64,000 nt of DNA from Azolla caroliniana (GCA_043228905.1 JBHGNT010000008.1:17608001-17672000), one strand, 5' to 3'; positions 50,201 to 62,797 are shown, counted from the first letter of the stretch. A program made the numbers and translations. Notes: generated by a model from the letters alone, not told the origin.

Positions 50201-50688
50201 TGCCGATGGAACGTACAATCTTCTCATGGGCAACTGTGGACTGGAGAGACGAGATGAGCCGGGAGGAACTGTTGGCGGCGCGCATACGGCAGCTCGAGCG
50301 AAGACCGGAGGACGTGGAGCACGCTGCGGAAAAGCTTCGGGTGGCAAGGACGAGGAACAAAGCCCAGTTCGACCGGACGCACCGGCTCCGACCGAAGAAG
50401 ATCGAGGAAGGCTACTGGGTGCTAGTCTACGACAACGGCCTCGACAACTAGCACCGAGCGACACGGAAGTTCGCAAGAAGGTGGTTCGGGCCTTACGTGG
50501 TACAAAGCGCCAACGACAACGGGACGTACCATCTGGCGGAACTCGACGGCACGAGAATGGCGATACCGGTAGCTGGGAAGCGGATCAAAGCGTTCAAGAA
50601 GCATCACGACGACGAGCCGGATCCGGATAACCTGGACCGGGACGACGAACGATCCGAAACCGATGAAGAACCGACGGGCGGGGAATAA
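47209..50688 (+). pseudogene. pol (RT-RNase H-integrase) of copy 1, -1 frame, several stops
   Basis: DLYSGYDQ, LPQG, PFLDDIPIKG (RT); TDCLPI, GKDNAMADMLSR (RNase H); YWWPGL..CESCQ, WMVDL, VADRGE, WFGPY (integrase). Confidence 0.92.
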
Positions 50689-53600
50689 AGGCTGGACCGG
50701 TTTTCTCCGTCCCAACTCAATTTGGCGCATGCCGGTGGATGCGCGGTTAGGTGGGGGCGGATGTCGTGAAGAAAACCGTCCACAAGCGGAATCGGTGCGC
50801 CGGAGCATAGGAACCGGCTCTTCATGCACGTACGCCTTGTGTTGTACATAGGAGAGAATTAGGGACATGGAAGATCCTAGGTAGGTAGATTCGGTAGGTA
50901 GGAAGTTAATAGGAAACGGCTCCCTTCTGGCCTATAAAAGGAGGGAGACGAGGAGGAGGAAGGGATCGCGAAGTAAGAGACAACAAAGTGCTGTCGGATT
51001 GCGGGCCGAAGGCTTCTCTCTCTTCCAAACTCCAATGCTTCTTTCTGTGCAGGTTTTGGGAGGCTTGCGCTGCTCTGAGGAAAGCCCGAGTGCTTCCGGC
51101 AGCACCTCCAACCTACTCCTTTCTTCCTGTGCGTTTACGAACAGGCATCGGCATCTGTTCGCCGGCCTGTTCGGTTGTAACCGACTTCGTGTTCTTGTTG
51201 TTTGTCTTTGTTAATACATACATACATTCGTGTCTCTCTGTGTCGCTGTCCCACTCGCGTCTTTGTGTCGAAGGGCTGTGTCCCTGTGGATCTACGCTCG
51301 CACCCAGTGGGTCTCTTCCCTTCTCCTTTCTCTCTTGCTCTTCGGTACAAGACCCCCGAGGTCCCGCCTCATTCCACGCATCCGTGAGGAGTACCTCGAC
51401 AACGTGTGAACTCGAAGAACTAGATTGTGATAGCTAATTGTTTGTCAAGTGTAAATGTGGTCAAGGATTAAAAGATATTCTTATGACAAAATGGTACTTG
51501 AGTAGATATCTATGAGTAGTGTTACCCGTTCCTTTGGGTGAACACCTTTGATAGAGCTGCGGCTATCGGTATTCAAGGGCGTGGTACGTGAAGGCTCGTA
51601 ACAGAGGCGTCGAGAGAGAGACAGGGCTCAGAGAGAAAACACTAGCGAGGTCTTGATAGGCGTGGGCGGCTTGGAACTCATAGGTATGGATCAAAACACA
51701 GACTCATGGAGCAAAATGGGCACAAATAAGATATATTACTATGACAGAAAAGATTACAGAACACGGCCTATGGCCGGTGATCTTACAAGTTTATCTAGTT
51801 ACGATGGACTAAGCTAGTGCTTCCGCCTATATTTTTCTTCTCTCCCTCTCTGAGGTACTGGTCCTCGTTTAAATAACTTTTCCCCTAATACACAGCCGAG
51901 CCGTCGGTGGCCCGTAATACTCGGACTCGGCGTTTGCTAATTCCCTCATTTTACATTTCTGTCCTTTGGACAACACCTGGCACGCCCGTGGGACAGGACC
52001 TTGTCCGTCGGACCCACGACCTACAAAATACTAACACTATTACAAAAATTGCCTTTTAGGCGTGATCCTCGTTTCATTCCTCCTTTAAGATGTCGAGGAT
52101 GTTTTCAAGGTCCGGGGTGGTGGCAGGGTGGTCTGGTTGGACTATCGGTGCAGGGGGTTGAGTTTGGTTCGGGGGTGTCATATCTTCTCGGGCGTCCGCC
52201 TCAGGTGCGACCGATTCTTCTGGTGGGGGTGTGGGTTCGAGATCGCTGACCCCTACTTCGACTGGATCTGGTAACGTGTGGGCGTCCATGGGATGTCTGT
52301 TGGCCGGGGCAAGTTCCTCATGTGCCGTGTCCGTGATCTCCTTGCTGGAAGGTTCTTCCTTCTGCTCTATGGCCGTTGGAGGGCTGGTGGGGATGGCTGC
52401 GAGTCGTTCTCGTTCGAAGGCTTCTGCTTCCAGGCGAAACAACATTTGACCGTCATTGAAGTTCTCCATTATTTGCTCGATTGCCGCGGTGTGAGATTTT
52501 GCCAAGGACTGGTAATCCTCAGTTAAATCTGCACAGAGGTTTTGTATGCTGGCTTCGTCCATTTTGTAGAAGCCGCGGCCCTCCTTCCGTCGGTTCTCGG
52601 CGTCGGCGCGTAAAATATGCAATTCGGCAGCTTGGGCTACCCATTCGTCTCCTGCGCGACTTAATGTTTCCTCGACCTTTTTGGTAAGGTGTTGGCGCTG
52701 TTTCTCGATCAGTATTCTGATGCGTGTCTCATCCATGCCGGGCTATGCTCGGATGGCTACTAATTCCTGTTTTAAGTTGTCGACCTCGGCCTAAATCTTC
52801 TGTGCTCTTAGCTCATAGATGGCTTGAGTGTTCTTTGCATCCGCGGTTACGAGCTGGAGAGCCTGCTCGTAACGATTGGTGAGCTCTTCGGTGGCTTGCT
52901 CCCGTTCTTTTTGACACGTGGCCCGGATTTGTTCCCGTTCGACGATTCTCTCTTCTTGTAGGGCGAAGTAGGAATCCGATAATTCGTCTTTTTGCTCCGA
53001 AAGTAGCTTGCATTTGATGAAAAACTCGTCAACCATTTCTTTAAGGGTCGTACGCTGACTTTGCAGCTCGGCATTCTCCGCGATCATCCTCTCCTCCCGT
53101 TGGCGATTTCTTTCCTCCTGCCGATGGTTCCAGTCTTTCGCATTGTCAAGCGCGGCCTGTAGGTCTAGAACCTCCTTCTCTTTCTTCACCACTGTGGCTG
53201 CGTATTCCTCCAGCTTGCTTTTGAGTTCGGCTTCTTTGCCCGCGGCTTGCGCTTGTACCCGGCCCAGTGCTTCGTTCTACTCGTGTATCCTTTGGTCGAC
53301 CTGGGCTCTAATCTCGGCCATCTGCTTGGAAGCTTCTTCTTTTAGGCGAGCCATCGCCTCTGGATACCGTTGTTCGTGTCTCTCGGTTTGCCGTTGTTCT
53401 TCTTTAAGCTCCGCGTGGTAATCTCGGAGCGGGGGTTCTGTCTGGGTTGCCACCTCCTTGGGTGCACGAGGGGGTGGTATCTCGGTCGTTTCCATGGGCG
53501 TGGCCGCCTCGGTTGTTGTGCAGACATCGACCATTTGTAACGAGTCCGTTTGTGTACTGGCCTGCACCGTCAGGATTGAGTCGGTGATGGTGCTTTCATC

Positions 53601-54623
53601 CATCATTGTTATGCGTGGAGGCGCTGGGAGGGCCTCGGTGGTCGTGATCGGAAGGCTCAAGAGTTGTTGTTCCGGCCGGTTTTGCTCCCAGGCTGCCAGC
53701 TTCTGGTTCGCAGCGTGCCATAATTCTGTAGCCATCTTAGCCTGTTTTTGAGCTATTTTTATCTTTGGGTGCCCGCGTAGTGCGATCCAGGTCCCGATAT
53801 GCCTCGATAAGGGCCGTGTTCAACTCGGGGACCTCCATGAGGAAAGCGGCCTGTTTTGCCTACTTCTTTCTCCCGATTTTTTGTAAAGCCCTGTCCTCCT
53901 GAGGCTCAATTTCACCTATTAGCGCGTTGTCGTGAAGAAAACCGTCCCTTGGCACAATCGGTGAATAGCGCACATGAACCGGCCCTTCACGTGTGCGCGC
54001 TCTTAATGTATATAATAGAGAATTAGGTACAGAGAGATATCCTGGGTAGTTAGATTCGGTAGGTAGGAAGTAAATGAGGGAGATGGCTCCCTTCTTAACG
54101 CTATAAAGGAGAGGGAGACGCAAGGAGAAGGGATCGCACATTGAGGAGGACGAAGTGCTGTCGGACCGGAACCGAACGCTTCTCCTCTGTTTGTTCTCTG
54201 TTGCTCTTCTCTGCAGGTTTCGGGAGGCTCGCACTGCTTCGAGGAACGCCTGTGTGCTTCCGGCAGCACCTCCATCCTATCCCCTTTTCGTGCACAGACG
54301 AACAGGCATCGACATCTGTTCGTCGGCCTGTTCGGTTGTAACCGCTCGCGTGCTTTGTTGTGTACTTGTTATTCGTTAATATACAAACACTTGCGTATCC
54401 CTGTCTCTGTGTCTATTTCGCGTCTTCTGTGTTGACGGGCCGCGCCCCCCTGTGTTTCTCTGCTCATACGTGACCGGGCGTCTCTCTCTTTCTCTTTCCC
54501 CCTTCTATCACTTGCTCCTCGGTTCAAGACCCCGGTGGTCCCGCCTCGTTTCTCCACGCACACGCGTAGTAACACGACATATTTCGTGAACCCGACATGA
54601 ACAAGGCGTCAAAGGAGCAGAAG

Positions 54624-56747
54624 ATGAGGGGGTCGGATCTTGCAGAGGCCATGGCTTCGGCCGTGGACCGGATAGTGAGCGCGCGCGAGGGCACCGGCGC
54701 CCTTGACAGGGCTATTGAGGCGATCGTCGGTATGATCGGCCGGTTCAGTGGAAAGGATGCCACGAGTTATTTGGCGTCCTACCGGGCGGAGATGTTGATG
54801 AGGGATATTCCGGAAGAGAGGCGTCTTGCCAGATTCCCTCGAGTGGCGATGCCAGGCATCCATGCGGAGGTGCTCGAGGTCCAGGCGGAGAGCCGGACCT
54901 GGAAGGAGTTCGAAGGACGGCTCCTGGAGAAATACGGGCTGGATGACGCACTTCGACTTTCGAAGCGGAGCTTCATGGAGTGGGTGGAGTCCCCCAACAA
55001 AGGAAGAAATGCGTTGGTACTCCTCCGGGAGTTTGAGGAACGCTTTGCGCGCCTTTCGGCGCTCGATCGAACCGTTCTAGACACAAGTCGTGTCCTACTG
55101 TTTGTCAAATCGGTTGACGCATGGGATCGGGGGCAAGTTGGCTCCTTACTGGAAACCGAAGACGGGCTGACGACCGATTGGGCTGCGGTAAAGAGAGTCT
55201 ACGGCCGTTTTGACAAACGGTGGGAGTGGGCTGATACAGAGGCGACTGGGGCGGGACCTGTTGCGGCAAGGAAGCTCGAACCGGTACCACAGGCGCAAAG
55301 GGAAGAGAACCAGGAGTGGCTCGAAACCGGTTCGTCTTCGACCGGCATTATCAGAGGCTCGTCTAGGGGAACAACTCTGGAGGAGTTGACACAGGCGGTA
55401 AAGGATCTCCAGATCGCCCAGGCTCGAAGGGAAAGCGGCGATCAGGCTCGTGACCGAAGGGCTCCGGCAGGAAGTAGGTGCATGTGGTGCGACGAGGTCG
55501 GCCACATCCGGAAAGACTGCGGGGACTTTATGGAGGCTTTGAGAAGCCGGGTAGTGTACTTGTGGGAAGGTCGGGTGCACGCCAGCGATACCCGGAGGGC
55601 CCTGAACCGAAACGACGGGAGAGGGGGAATGAAAAGGCTGATGGAAGAGGCGGCAGACCGGCACGCGGAGACCGTCCACTACTCAGCGTTAGCCGGTATT
55701 CGGGTTGGGGGCTGCGGGGCCCGGGAGGAGAGCAAAGCCGAGTTTTGGCCGACAGTGCTGGAAGGCCTCGCCGGTGCTCGACTGAAGAGAGACGAGGCAG
55801 ACAGCGGGGAGAAGCGGGTCCAGGAGGTAACCGGGTGGAGTGACCCGGTCGAAGAAAAGACGGGTTTCGTCGAAGCAGCTTGCCAGAACTACGAGGCTCT
55901 GGTTGAAGACAAACGAGTAGGTAAGATCGGAGGGGCCGGGCCCTCACAGAGATACGAAACCCGATTCGGGCCGAAACGAAACGAGGCCGGTGAGTCCAGT
56001 GCCCGGGATAACCACAAGAAGGGCGGATACCGTTTGGGCACGGAGATCGAAAAGACCACAGACCTACGAAAGGTCCTGGAAGAACGAATCCTCGACAGCA
56101 AGGTGGAACTATCGTTGCGGGAGGTGCTCCAGATCGCCAAGAAGGAGTTCCACGACTCCATCGTGGACTTGGTGAAGAGGAAGAGGCTGTCGACGGAGGC
56201 AGAACCGGAGAGGCCGGTGGAAGTGCGGACGGCGCACATAGAGGACATGTCGCTAGAAGACGAGTGGGCGGAGAGCCACTATTCGAGGCCACACTGGGCC
56301 CGAGCGACCACGGAAACAATGAAGATCGGGGATGTTCAGGAACCGGTGGTGGCGCTGGTGGACCACGGTTCGGAAATAAACCTGATGTCCATGGACTTCT
56401 ACAAGAAGGGGAAATGGCCGATCAACACTAAGCACGGGTGGAAGATACGGGCAGTGACGCGCGCCACCGAGGAGCTACACGGGGCCTGCCCAAACGTGCG
56501 AGTCAAGATCGGCGACGTCGAGATAGACCAGCACTTCTTTGTGCAAGAAACGTCCTCGCACCCGGTCATACTAGTGGAACCGTACATTACGTCAGCGCGA
56601 ATGGAGACCAAGGTGCTGGACAACGGGTCGGCTTACGCGAGGGTCAAAAGTCAGGACGGGCATCATTTGGTCCAGTTCCTGACGGTGCGACCGAACCACG
56701 AGCGAAACCGCGAGTCCCTCGGTGGCGAGAACCGAGAGGATTTTTAG
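54624..56747 (+). CDS. gag-protease of copy 2 (open ORF)
   Basis: Zinc knuckle CMWCDEVGHIRKDC and protease LVDHGSE. The ATG at 54597 lies inside the mutated PBS, so the conserved ATG at 54624 (MRGSDLAEA) is preferred. Confidence 0.88.
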   Translation: MRGSDLAEAMASAVDRIVSAREGTGALDRAIEAIVGMIGRFSGKDATSYLASYRAEMLMRDIPEERRLARFPRVAMPGIHAEVLEVQAESRTWKEFEGRLLEKYGLDDALRLSKRSFMEWVESPNKGRNALVLLREFEERFARLSALDRTVLDTSRVLLFVKSVDAWDRGQVGSLLETEDGLTTDWAAVKRVYGRFDKRWEWADTEATGAGPVAARKLEPVPQAQREENQEWLETGSSSTGIIRGSSRGTTLEELTQAVKDLQIAQARRESGDQARDRRAPAGSRCMWCDEVGHIRKDCGDFMEALRSRVVYLWEGRVHASDTRRALNRNDGRGGMKRLMEEAADRHAETVHYSALAGIRVGGCGAREESKAEFWPTVLEGLAGARLKRDEADSGEKRVQEVTGWSDPVEEKTGFVEAACQNYEALVEDKRVGKIGGAGPSQRYETRFGPKRNEAGESSARDNHKKGGYRLGTEIEKTTDLRKVLEERILDSKVELSLREVLQIAKKEFHDSIVDLVKRKRLSTEAEPERPVEVRTAHIEDMSLEDEWAESHYSRPHWARATTETMKIGDVQEPVVALVDHGSEINLMSMDFYKKGKWPINTKHGWKIRAVTRATEELHGACPNVRVKIGDVEIDQHFFVQETSSHPVILVEPYITSARMETKVLDNGSAYARVKSQDGHHLVQFLTVRPNHERNRESLGGENREDF

Positions 56748-59700
56748 AGAGGGCTGCCAAGGCATGGGGCCGCGACAGTCCGGACACTCCGGGAAAACCC
56801 CACAAATGTACGATAGAAGCGAAACCGAAGAAACCTTGTACCATAAGTAGGAAGTTTTGTTTCTTCGACAACGGAGGGTGTACGATAGTCGGCGTCGTAG
56901 GCCGAGAAAAGACAAGGGCGGAAGAGCGACTTCGGGCGTGTGGAGTTCTCGGGCCCAGCGAGGAAATCAACGGAGCCGTGGAGGCGGTCTCCTTCGACGA
57001 TACCTTGGGAATATTGCGAGAGGTGGTCGGAGAGGGCCTTAAAGAGGACCGAACGATACTAGTTTGTTCAGAAGAGATGTATGAAGTCATCGCGGACTTC
57101 AGTCGAGGGCTCGAGTCGGATCAGACGGCCCGGGTTAACACGAAGTACAAGACTGTGGACCGGAAGGTAAGGCCAGTCGCAGCACCCTTACCGGAGGGCA
57201 GCGAGTTGCGAATCGAGGGGGTCGCGTCGGACCCCAGTTTACGTGATCCGGCCTGCATAGGACACACCTTCACCGACAGAACGCTACGGGAGCTCAAAAT
57301 CGGTGGGGGCGGGTTCCTACTGCCGACAGAAGAAGACCGGTTTCGGAGAATGCTCGGAAGGCACGAGAAAGCCTTCGCGTTCTCATCGGAAGAAATCGGG
57401 TGCGTAGACCCGACAGTCGTAAAGCCGATGGTGATATTCACGGTACCGCATGTGCCGTGGAATCTCAAACCGATTCCGGTACCGAGAGCTCACATCCCGG
57501 AGCTGATGGAGCTGTTGAGGCAGAAAATCGATATGGGCATCCTCGAACCGTCGAGTGCCCCGTACTCAAACCGGTGGTTTATAGTACCAAAGAAGAACGG
57601 GATGTTGCGCTTCATTCAAGACCTGCAACCAGTCAACAAAGTGACCATTCGGAACGCAGGAATCGGACCGACAATAGACGAGTTCGCAAAGGCCTTCGCC
57701 GGAAGGTCAATCTACTCGGTCGGAGATCTGTCCTCAGGGTACGATCAGTTCCAACTAGCCGTAGAGAGCAGAGACATTACCACGATGCAGACTCCTCTCA
57801 GCCTAGTGCGGATGTGTACCCTGCCACAAGGAGGGACGAACTCGGTGGCCCACATGGTGAATGCGATGAACAAGGTGCTGAGGGATTGTATCCCGGACAT
57901 CACCATGCCATTCTTGGACGACATCCCGATCAAAGGATGTCCGATGAAAGAAAAGGATGAGACGATCGGACCGGACGGATGCCGGAAATTCGTGGCAACA
58001 CACATTGACGACTGCGAGAGGGTGTTGCAGAGGCTAGAGGACGCGATGCTCACCTTATCCGGGGAAAAATCGGCCTTCGGGCAATCAAAGATCATGGTCG
58101 TCGGACATCTATGCGGACCGTATGGGCGGAAACCGTCTCCAGTAAAGGTAGAAGCCATCTCCGCAATGAAGCCCGATTGTAACTCGGTCACGGAGGTACG
58201 GAGGTTCTTGGGTGCATGCGCGTTCTACCACATATGGATCCCGCATTACGCCCACGTTGCCGAGCCACTATACGGGTTGCTAAAAAAGGGGCAAAAATTC
58301 GAGTGGCGTGACAAGCATACGGAGTCGGTGCGAAAGATGAAGGAGGCCCTTGCCGCGGCTCCGGCACTCCGGAAGGCTGTCTACGAGAAAGGCACTGCCG
58401 TCTACATAACGGTAGATACGAGTCTGACCGGGATCGGATGGGTCGTCAACCAAGAAGACGAGGATGACATTCGGTTCCCAATCCGGTTCGGCGCGAAGGT
58501 CCTCAGCGAGCGAAAGCGAGGATACGCCCAGGTTAAACGCGAACTCTAGGGTATCGTTTCGGCAGTAAAGGCCGATAAAGACTATTTGATTGGGACAGAG
58601 GTGATTATCGAGATGGACTGCCTGCCGATTCTCGGCATGGTTTCCAGATGCGCAACCCCGGACCTGGCGATGCTCAGGTGGATAGCGTACATCAAGTCCC
58701 TGGATCCAGAAATACGACACATTTCTGGGAAAGACAATGCCATGGCCGACATGCTTTCGAGGGCGCGATTCAACGACGAGGGTGACATGGTTTTGGAGGA
58801 CGAGGAAGTCGGCGTAGACTTCTTCGAGGCGGCTTACGTAACAACCGAGAGGGGAAGCACTCCGGCGTTTAACGATTTCAACGAGAGCAAGTACGACAGG
58901 GAGTGGCTGCAGATTGGGGGATTCTTAAGGACAATGATGCCAGACGCATCGTGGACAAGGGACAAGGCCAACCGGATCCGGAAGAAAGCGTACCGGTTCT
59001 TTCTCCGGGACGGATACTTGTGGAAGCACCCGAAGAAGAGGAACGACATCCCGCTCCGAGTAGTGGCGATGAAGGAGGAACAGGAGGAATTGATGAAAGC
59101 CTACCACGACAGCCCCTAGGTTGGACACCGTGGGACGTGGGCCACGTTTGAGAAACTAAAGGGGAAGTACTGGTGGCCGGGACTGTACCGGGACGTGCAT
59201 CGGTTCGTGACAACTTGTGAGAGCTGTCAGATGCACTCCATAGTCCGACATCGGGACGAGCTTCACCCCACTTACCCTCCGGCCATCCACTTCAAATGGA
59301 TGGTAGATTTGGTGACGATGCCGATGGGCATAGGGCAGATGCGATATCTGGTGCTGGCCCAAGAGGACCTGACGAACCAGGTGGAAGGCCGAGCCCTGCA
59401 GAACAAAACGACTGCGGCCGTGTGTCGGTTCCTGATCAAGGACGTGATATGCCGGTACGGGTGCATCGTAAAGATCGTGGCTGACCGCGGGGAGTTGGAC
59501 GCCGAAGAGGCCGAGGAGTTGTTCAACCGGTTAGGGGTCAAGCTCTCGCTCACCACAACTTACAATCCGGAGGCAAACGGGAAGGTAGAGCGCGACCACG
59601 GGCCAATTGTCAAAGCGCTAGTCCGGGCATGCGGAGGCCAGGTCGGGAACTGGCCACGGCTGTTACCTTATGCCTTGTGGGCGGACCGGACAACGCACAG

Positions 59701-60325
59701 TTCGGTAACCGGGTTCTTGCCGTCAGAGCTCATGTTCGGACAGAAGCCGATCATGCCGATAGAACGGACGATCTCCTCTTGGGCGACAGTAGACTGGAGT
59801 GATGAAATGAGTCGGGAAGAACTGCTAGCGGCGCGTATACGGCAGCTCGAGCGGAGGCCAGAGGACGTGGAATGAGCGGCGGAGAGAATTCGGGGGGCAA
59901 GGATGAAGAACAAAGCCCGGTTCGACCGGACGCACCGGCTCCAACCAATAAAAATCGAGGAAGACGAGTAGGTGCTAGTCTACGACAGCAGCCTCGACAA
60001 CCAGCACCGAGCAACACGGAAGTTCGCGAAGCGGTGGTTCGGGCCTTACGTGGTAACGAGCGCCAACGACAACGGGACGTATCACCTGGCGGAACTCGAC
60101 GGTACGAGGATGGCGATGCCGGTAGTAGGGAAGCGGGTCAAAGCGTTCAAGAAACGCCACGTTGACGAACCGGATCTAAGAGGCCTGGACAGCGAAGACG
60201 AACAGTTCGAAACGGAGGGCGAACCGATGGACGAAGAAACGGAACCCGGACCGGTTTTCTCCAACCAGAACCCAATTTTGGCGCATACCGGTGGATGCGC
60301 GGTTAGGTGGGGGCGGATGTCGTGA
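56738..60325 (+). pseudogene. pol (RT-RNase H-integrase) of copy 2, -1 frame, several stops
   Basis: ORFs 56438-58549, 58586-59119, 59195-59875 and 59972-60325 are in one frame and carry FLDD RT, RNase H and integrase/GPY motifs. Confidence 0.92.
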
Positions 60326-62797
60326 AGAAAACCGTCCCTTGGCGCAATCGGTGAATAGCGCACATGAACCGGCCCTTCACGTGTGCGCGCTCTTAATGTA
60401 TATAATAGAGAATTAGGTACAGAGAGATATCATGGGTAGTTAGATTCGGTAGGTAGGAAGTAAATGAGGGAGACGGCTCCCTTCTTGACGCTATAAAGGA
60501 GAGGGAGACGCAAGGAGAAGGGATCGCGCATTGAGGAGGACGAAGTGTTGTCGGACCGGAACCGAACGCTTCTCCTCTGTCTATTCTCTGTTGCTCTTCT
60601 CTGCAGGTTTCAGGAGGCTCGCGCTGCATCGAGGAACACCTGTGTGCTTCCGGTAGCACCTCCATTCTATCCCCTTTTCGTGCACAGACGAACAGGCATC
60701 GACATCTGTTCGCCGTCATGTTCGGTTGTAACCGCTCGCGTGCTCTGCTGTGTACTTGTTATTCGTTAATATACAAACACTTGCGTCTCCCTGTGTTGAC
60801 GGGCCGCGCCCCCCCTGTGTTTCTCTGCTCATATGTGACCGGGCGTCTCTCTCTTTCTCTTTCCCCCTTTTATCACCTGCTCCTCGGTTCAAGACCTCGG
60901 TGGTCCCGCCTTGTTTCTCCACGCACGCACGTAGTAACGCGACAGCGCGTTGAATCATTGTTGTTTCGGCGTGCTCCTCCGCCATTCGAGCGGCTGCCGC
61001 GACTTGGGCTCTGGCGAGGAAGTCGACCAGCTCGAATGTCGTACCAAGGCGTAGGAGCGCAATAAATTCGTAAGCCTCCGCGGGGAGGTCCTTATACCCG
61101 AGGACTTCATCCTCCGAGATCTGCGTTGTCTGCCCATGCTCGATCTTTCCCTGGTTCAGCGATGCCTCCTCAGGGATGATGGCCAGGTTGCTCTGTCTGA
61201 CAACTAAGGCTTGGTCTTGTTGTGGCTCTTTCTGTTCTTCCGAGGACTCGCAGTTAAGCCGTCTTCTCTTGCTCGGCTGTGTTTGGGTTCCGGGGCCGGT
61301 AGTGTCGTTTCCTCCGCCTGCTTCCTTTTCTGGGGTCGTGGTGGTGCAGCCTGCTATGTGTTGGGGCGTGGGCTAGGCCCTGGGCACGTTACCGAGGGGC
61401 GCGACGTTGGTTGTCGAATGGTGACGTCATCGGCCGTGTTGTCTTCCTCGGCTACCTCCTCCTCCCATTCTTGGCAGGTCTCGGAAACTGCCCTTTTTGT
61501 TGGGGTTGGGTGGGTGGTGGTGCAGATGCGGGGTTTTGGTCGGCCGTAGAAGGTGAAGGCGATGTGGGCTCCTCCCATGCTTCGTGGCTGATGGCAACGA
61601 ATTTCTCTCTCTGCCTTCGTGGTGGTGGTGGGGACGTGAGTGTGTGAGGGGAAGGAAGAGAAGAGGGTGGGTATAGAACCATCAAAAAGTGGGTAAGAAC
61701 AGACAACATCTTCTTACCGGATTGAAATGAAGCTAAGGCGGCGCGGAGTTCCTCGCCTGTGATGATTCCCCAATCGATTCTGTTTCCTTCATACGCGGTG
61801 ATGATGATGGCTGCCTTGTTCTGCGGCATGCTCGTTGGGTTCGTATGCACGAACGCATACTCCATTAATATACGAGCAATCTCCCCGAAAGCTCTGTTGG
61901 GACCGCCATACGTGCGATATGCCTTCCCTGAGGCTGAGTACTCACCGAAGTACGCTTTCATCTTTGATGCTGGGGGTATGTCGACCTCATGGTCCCCGCC
62001 CCGTTGCAGGTCCAAAACAGCCCGAAGCACGTTGTTGGTGATGGCTTCAGGACTAATACGTTTAGCCACAGCTTGGGCATCTGGGTGCGTGGGGGCATCG
62101 ATGACCTGCATGTAACCGCCCATTCCTCGTTCCTGGAGCCAATCGCGGGTTTCTGTTGAAGCGGTAAGAGGCATGGTAGAGATGGAGACGGGGTTCGACT
62201 GTGTGGAAGCATGAAGAAGAGTGATGAGGCGAGGGCGTGACACAGGAGGAACAGCAGGAAGGGGAAGTCCAGCAGAGGGGTTATGAGAGCAAAAGAGGGC
62301 TTGAGAGCAAGAGCGTTTTGCGCGATGTGAGCGAGACGGGGTTTCTGAGCTTGAGATCGATGGAGATGGGGGTGATAATGAACTTCTGTGTCTGTGCTGC
62401 GTTTTGGAAATGGTTTTAGTAACTTACTCCTAGGGTTTTGTGCCTGAAGCGAATCCTGAAGATTCTGAGTCGTGGGTGCCATAATAAGTGACTAGCACCA
62501 CGTGTCTTGAAGGTGAGTGGGTTGCTTTTAGTGCTTTGCATGTGCTTAAATAGGTACTAAATGAGTGGTGGCGAGGGTTGCTCCTAAAATTGTGGGTGCC
62601 TAGGTGGGTGGTGTAGGTGTAGCTAATCGGTGGCTAAACTCTGGTTAATCCTACCTACTACTACTTTTATTAATTTCAAGAAGGTGGGTGAGTCCTTATT
62701 TAGGGGGACACATGGCCTCCTCCGTGGTGGTCTCCCGAAACTCGTTTGTGCCGTGTGGCTCGGTAAACGGGTTGGGTGGTGTAGTCCGTCGATATGG

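Larger units (their letters stand above)
44406..51401 (+). mobile_element. Ty3/Gypsy LTR retrotransposon, tRNA-Trp-primed non-chromovirus (copy 1)
   Basis: LTRs at 44406-45049 and 50762-51401 (TGTCG...CGACA; roughly 17 substitutions by eye); PBS 45053-45070; PPT AGGTGGGGGCGGA before 50762; domain order gag-PR / RT-RH-IN. Confidence 0.96.
44312..51519 (+). mobile_element. Copia-A-like LTR fragment (44312-44405 plus 51402-51519) split by later Gypsy insertions
   Basis: Starts TGTTGAGAATCAAGCTCAACT, compared with TGTTGAGAGATCAAGCTCAACT at 3702. Confidence 0.55.
53928..60944 (+). mobile_element. Ty3/Gypsy LTR retrotransposon, tRNA-Trp-primed family (copy 2)
   Basis: LTRs at 53928-54579 and 60318-60944; degenerate PBS TCGTGAACCCGACATGAA (54584-54601); PPT before 60318; flanks GCGCGT on both sides. 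Confidence 0.96.
52074..62174 (-). pseudogene. Extra ORF (~1000 codons once the insertion is removed): globular N-domain, Pro/Thr linker, long coiled coil
   Basis: Pieces 62174-61452, ~61578-60949, 53927-53740, 53735-53277, 53192-52791 and 52736-52074 run colinearly on the same strand as pol. Confidence 0.7.
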
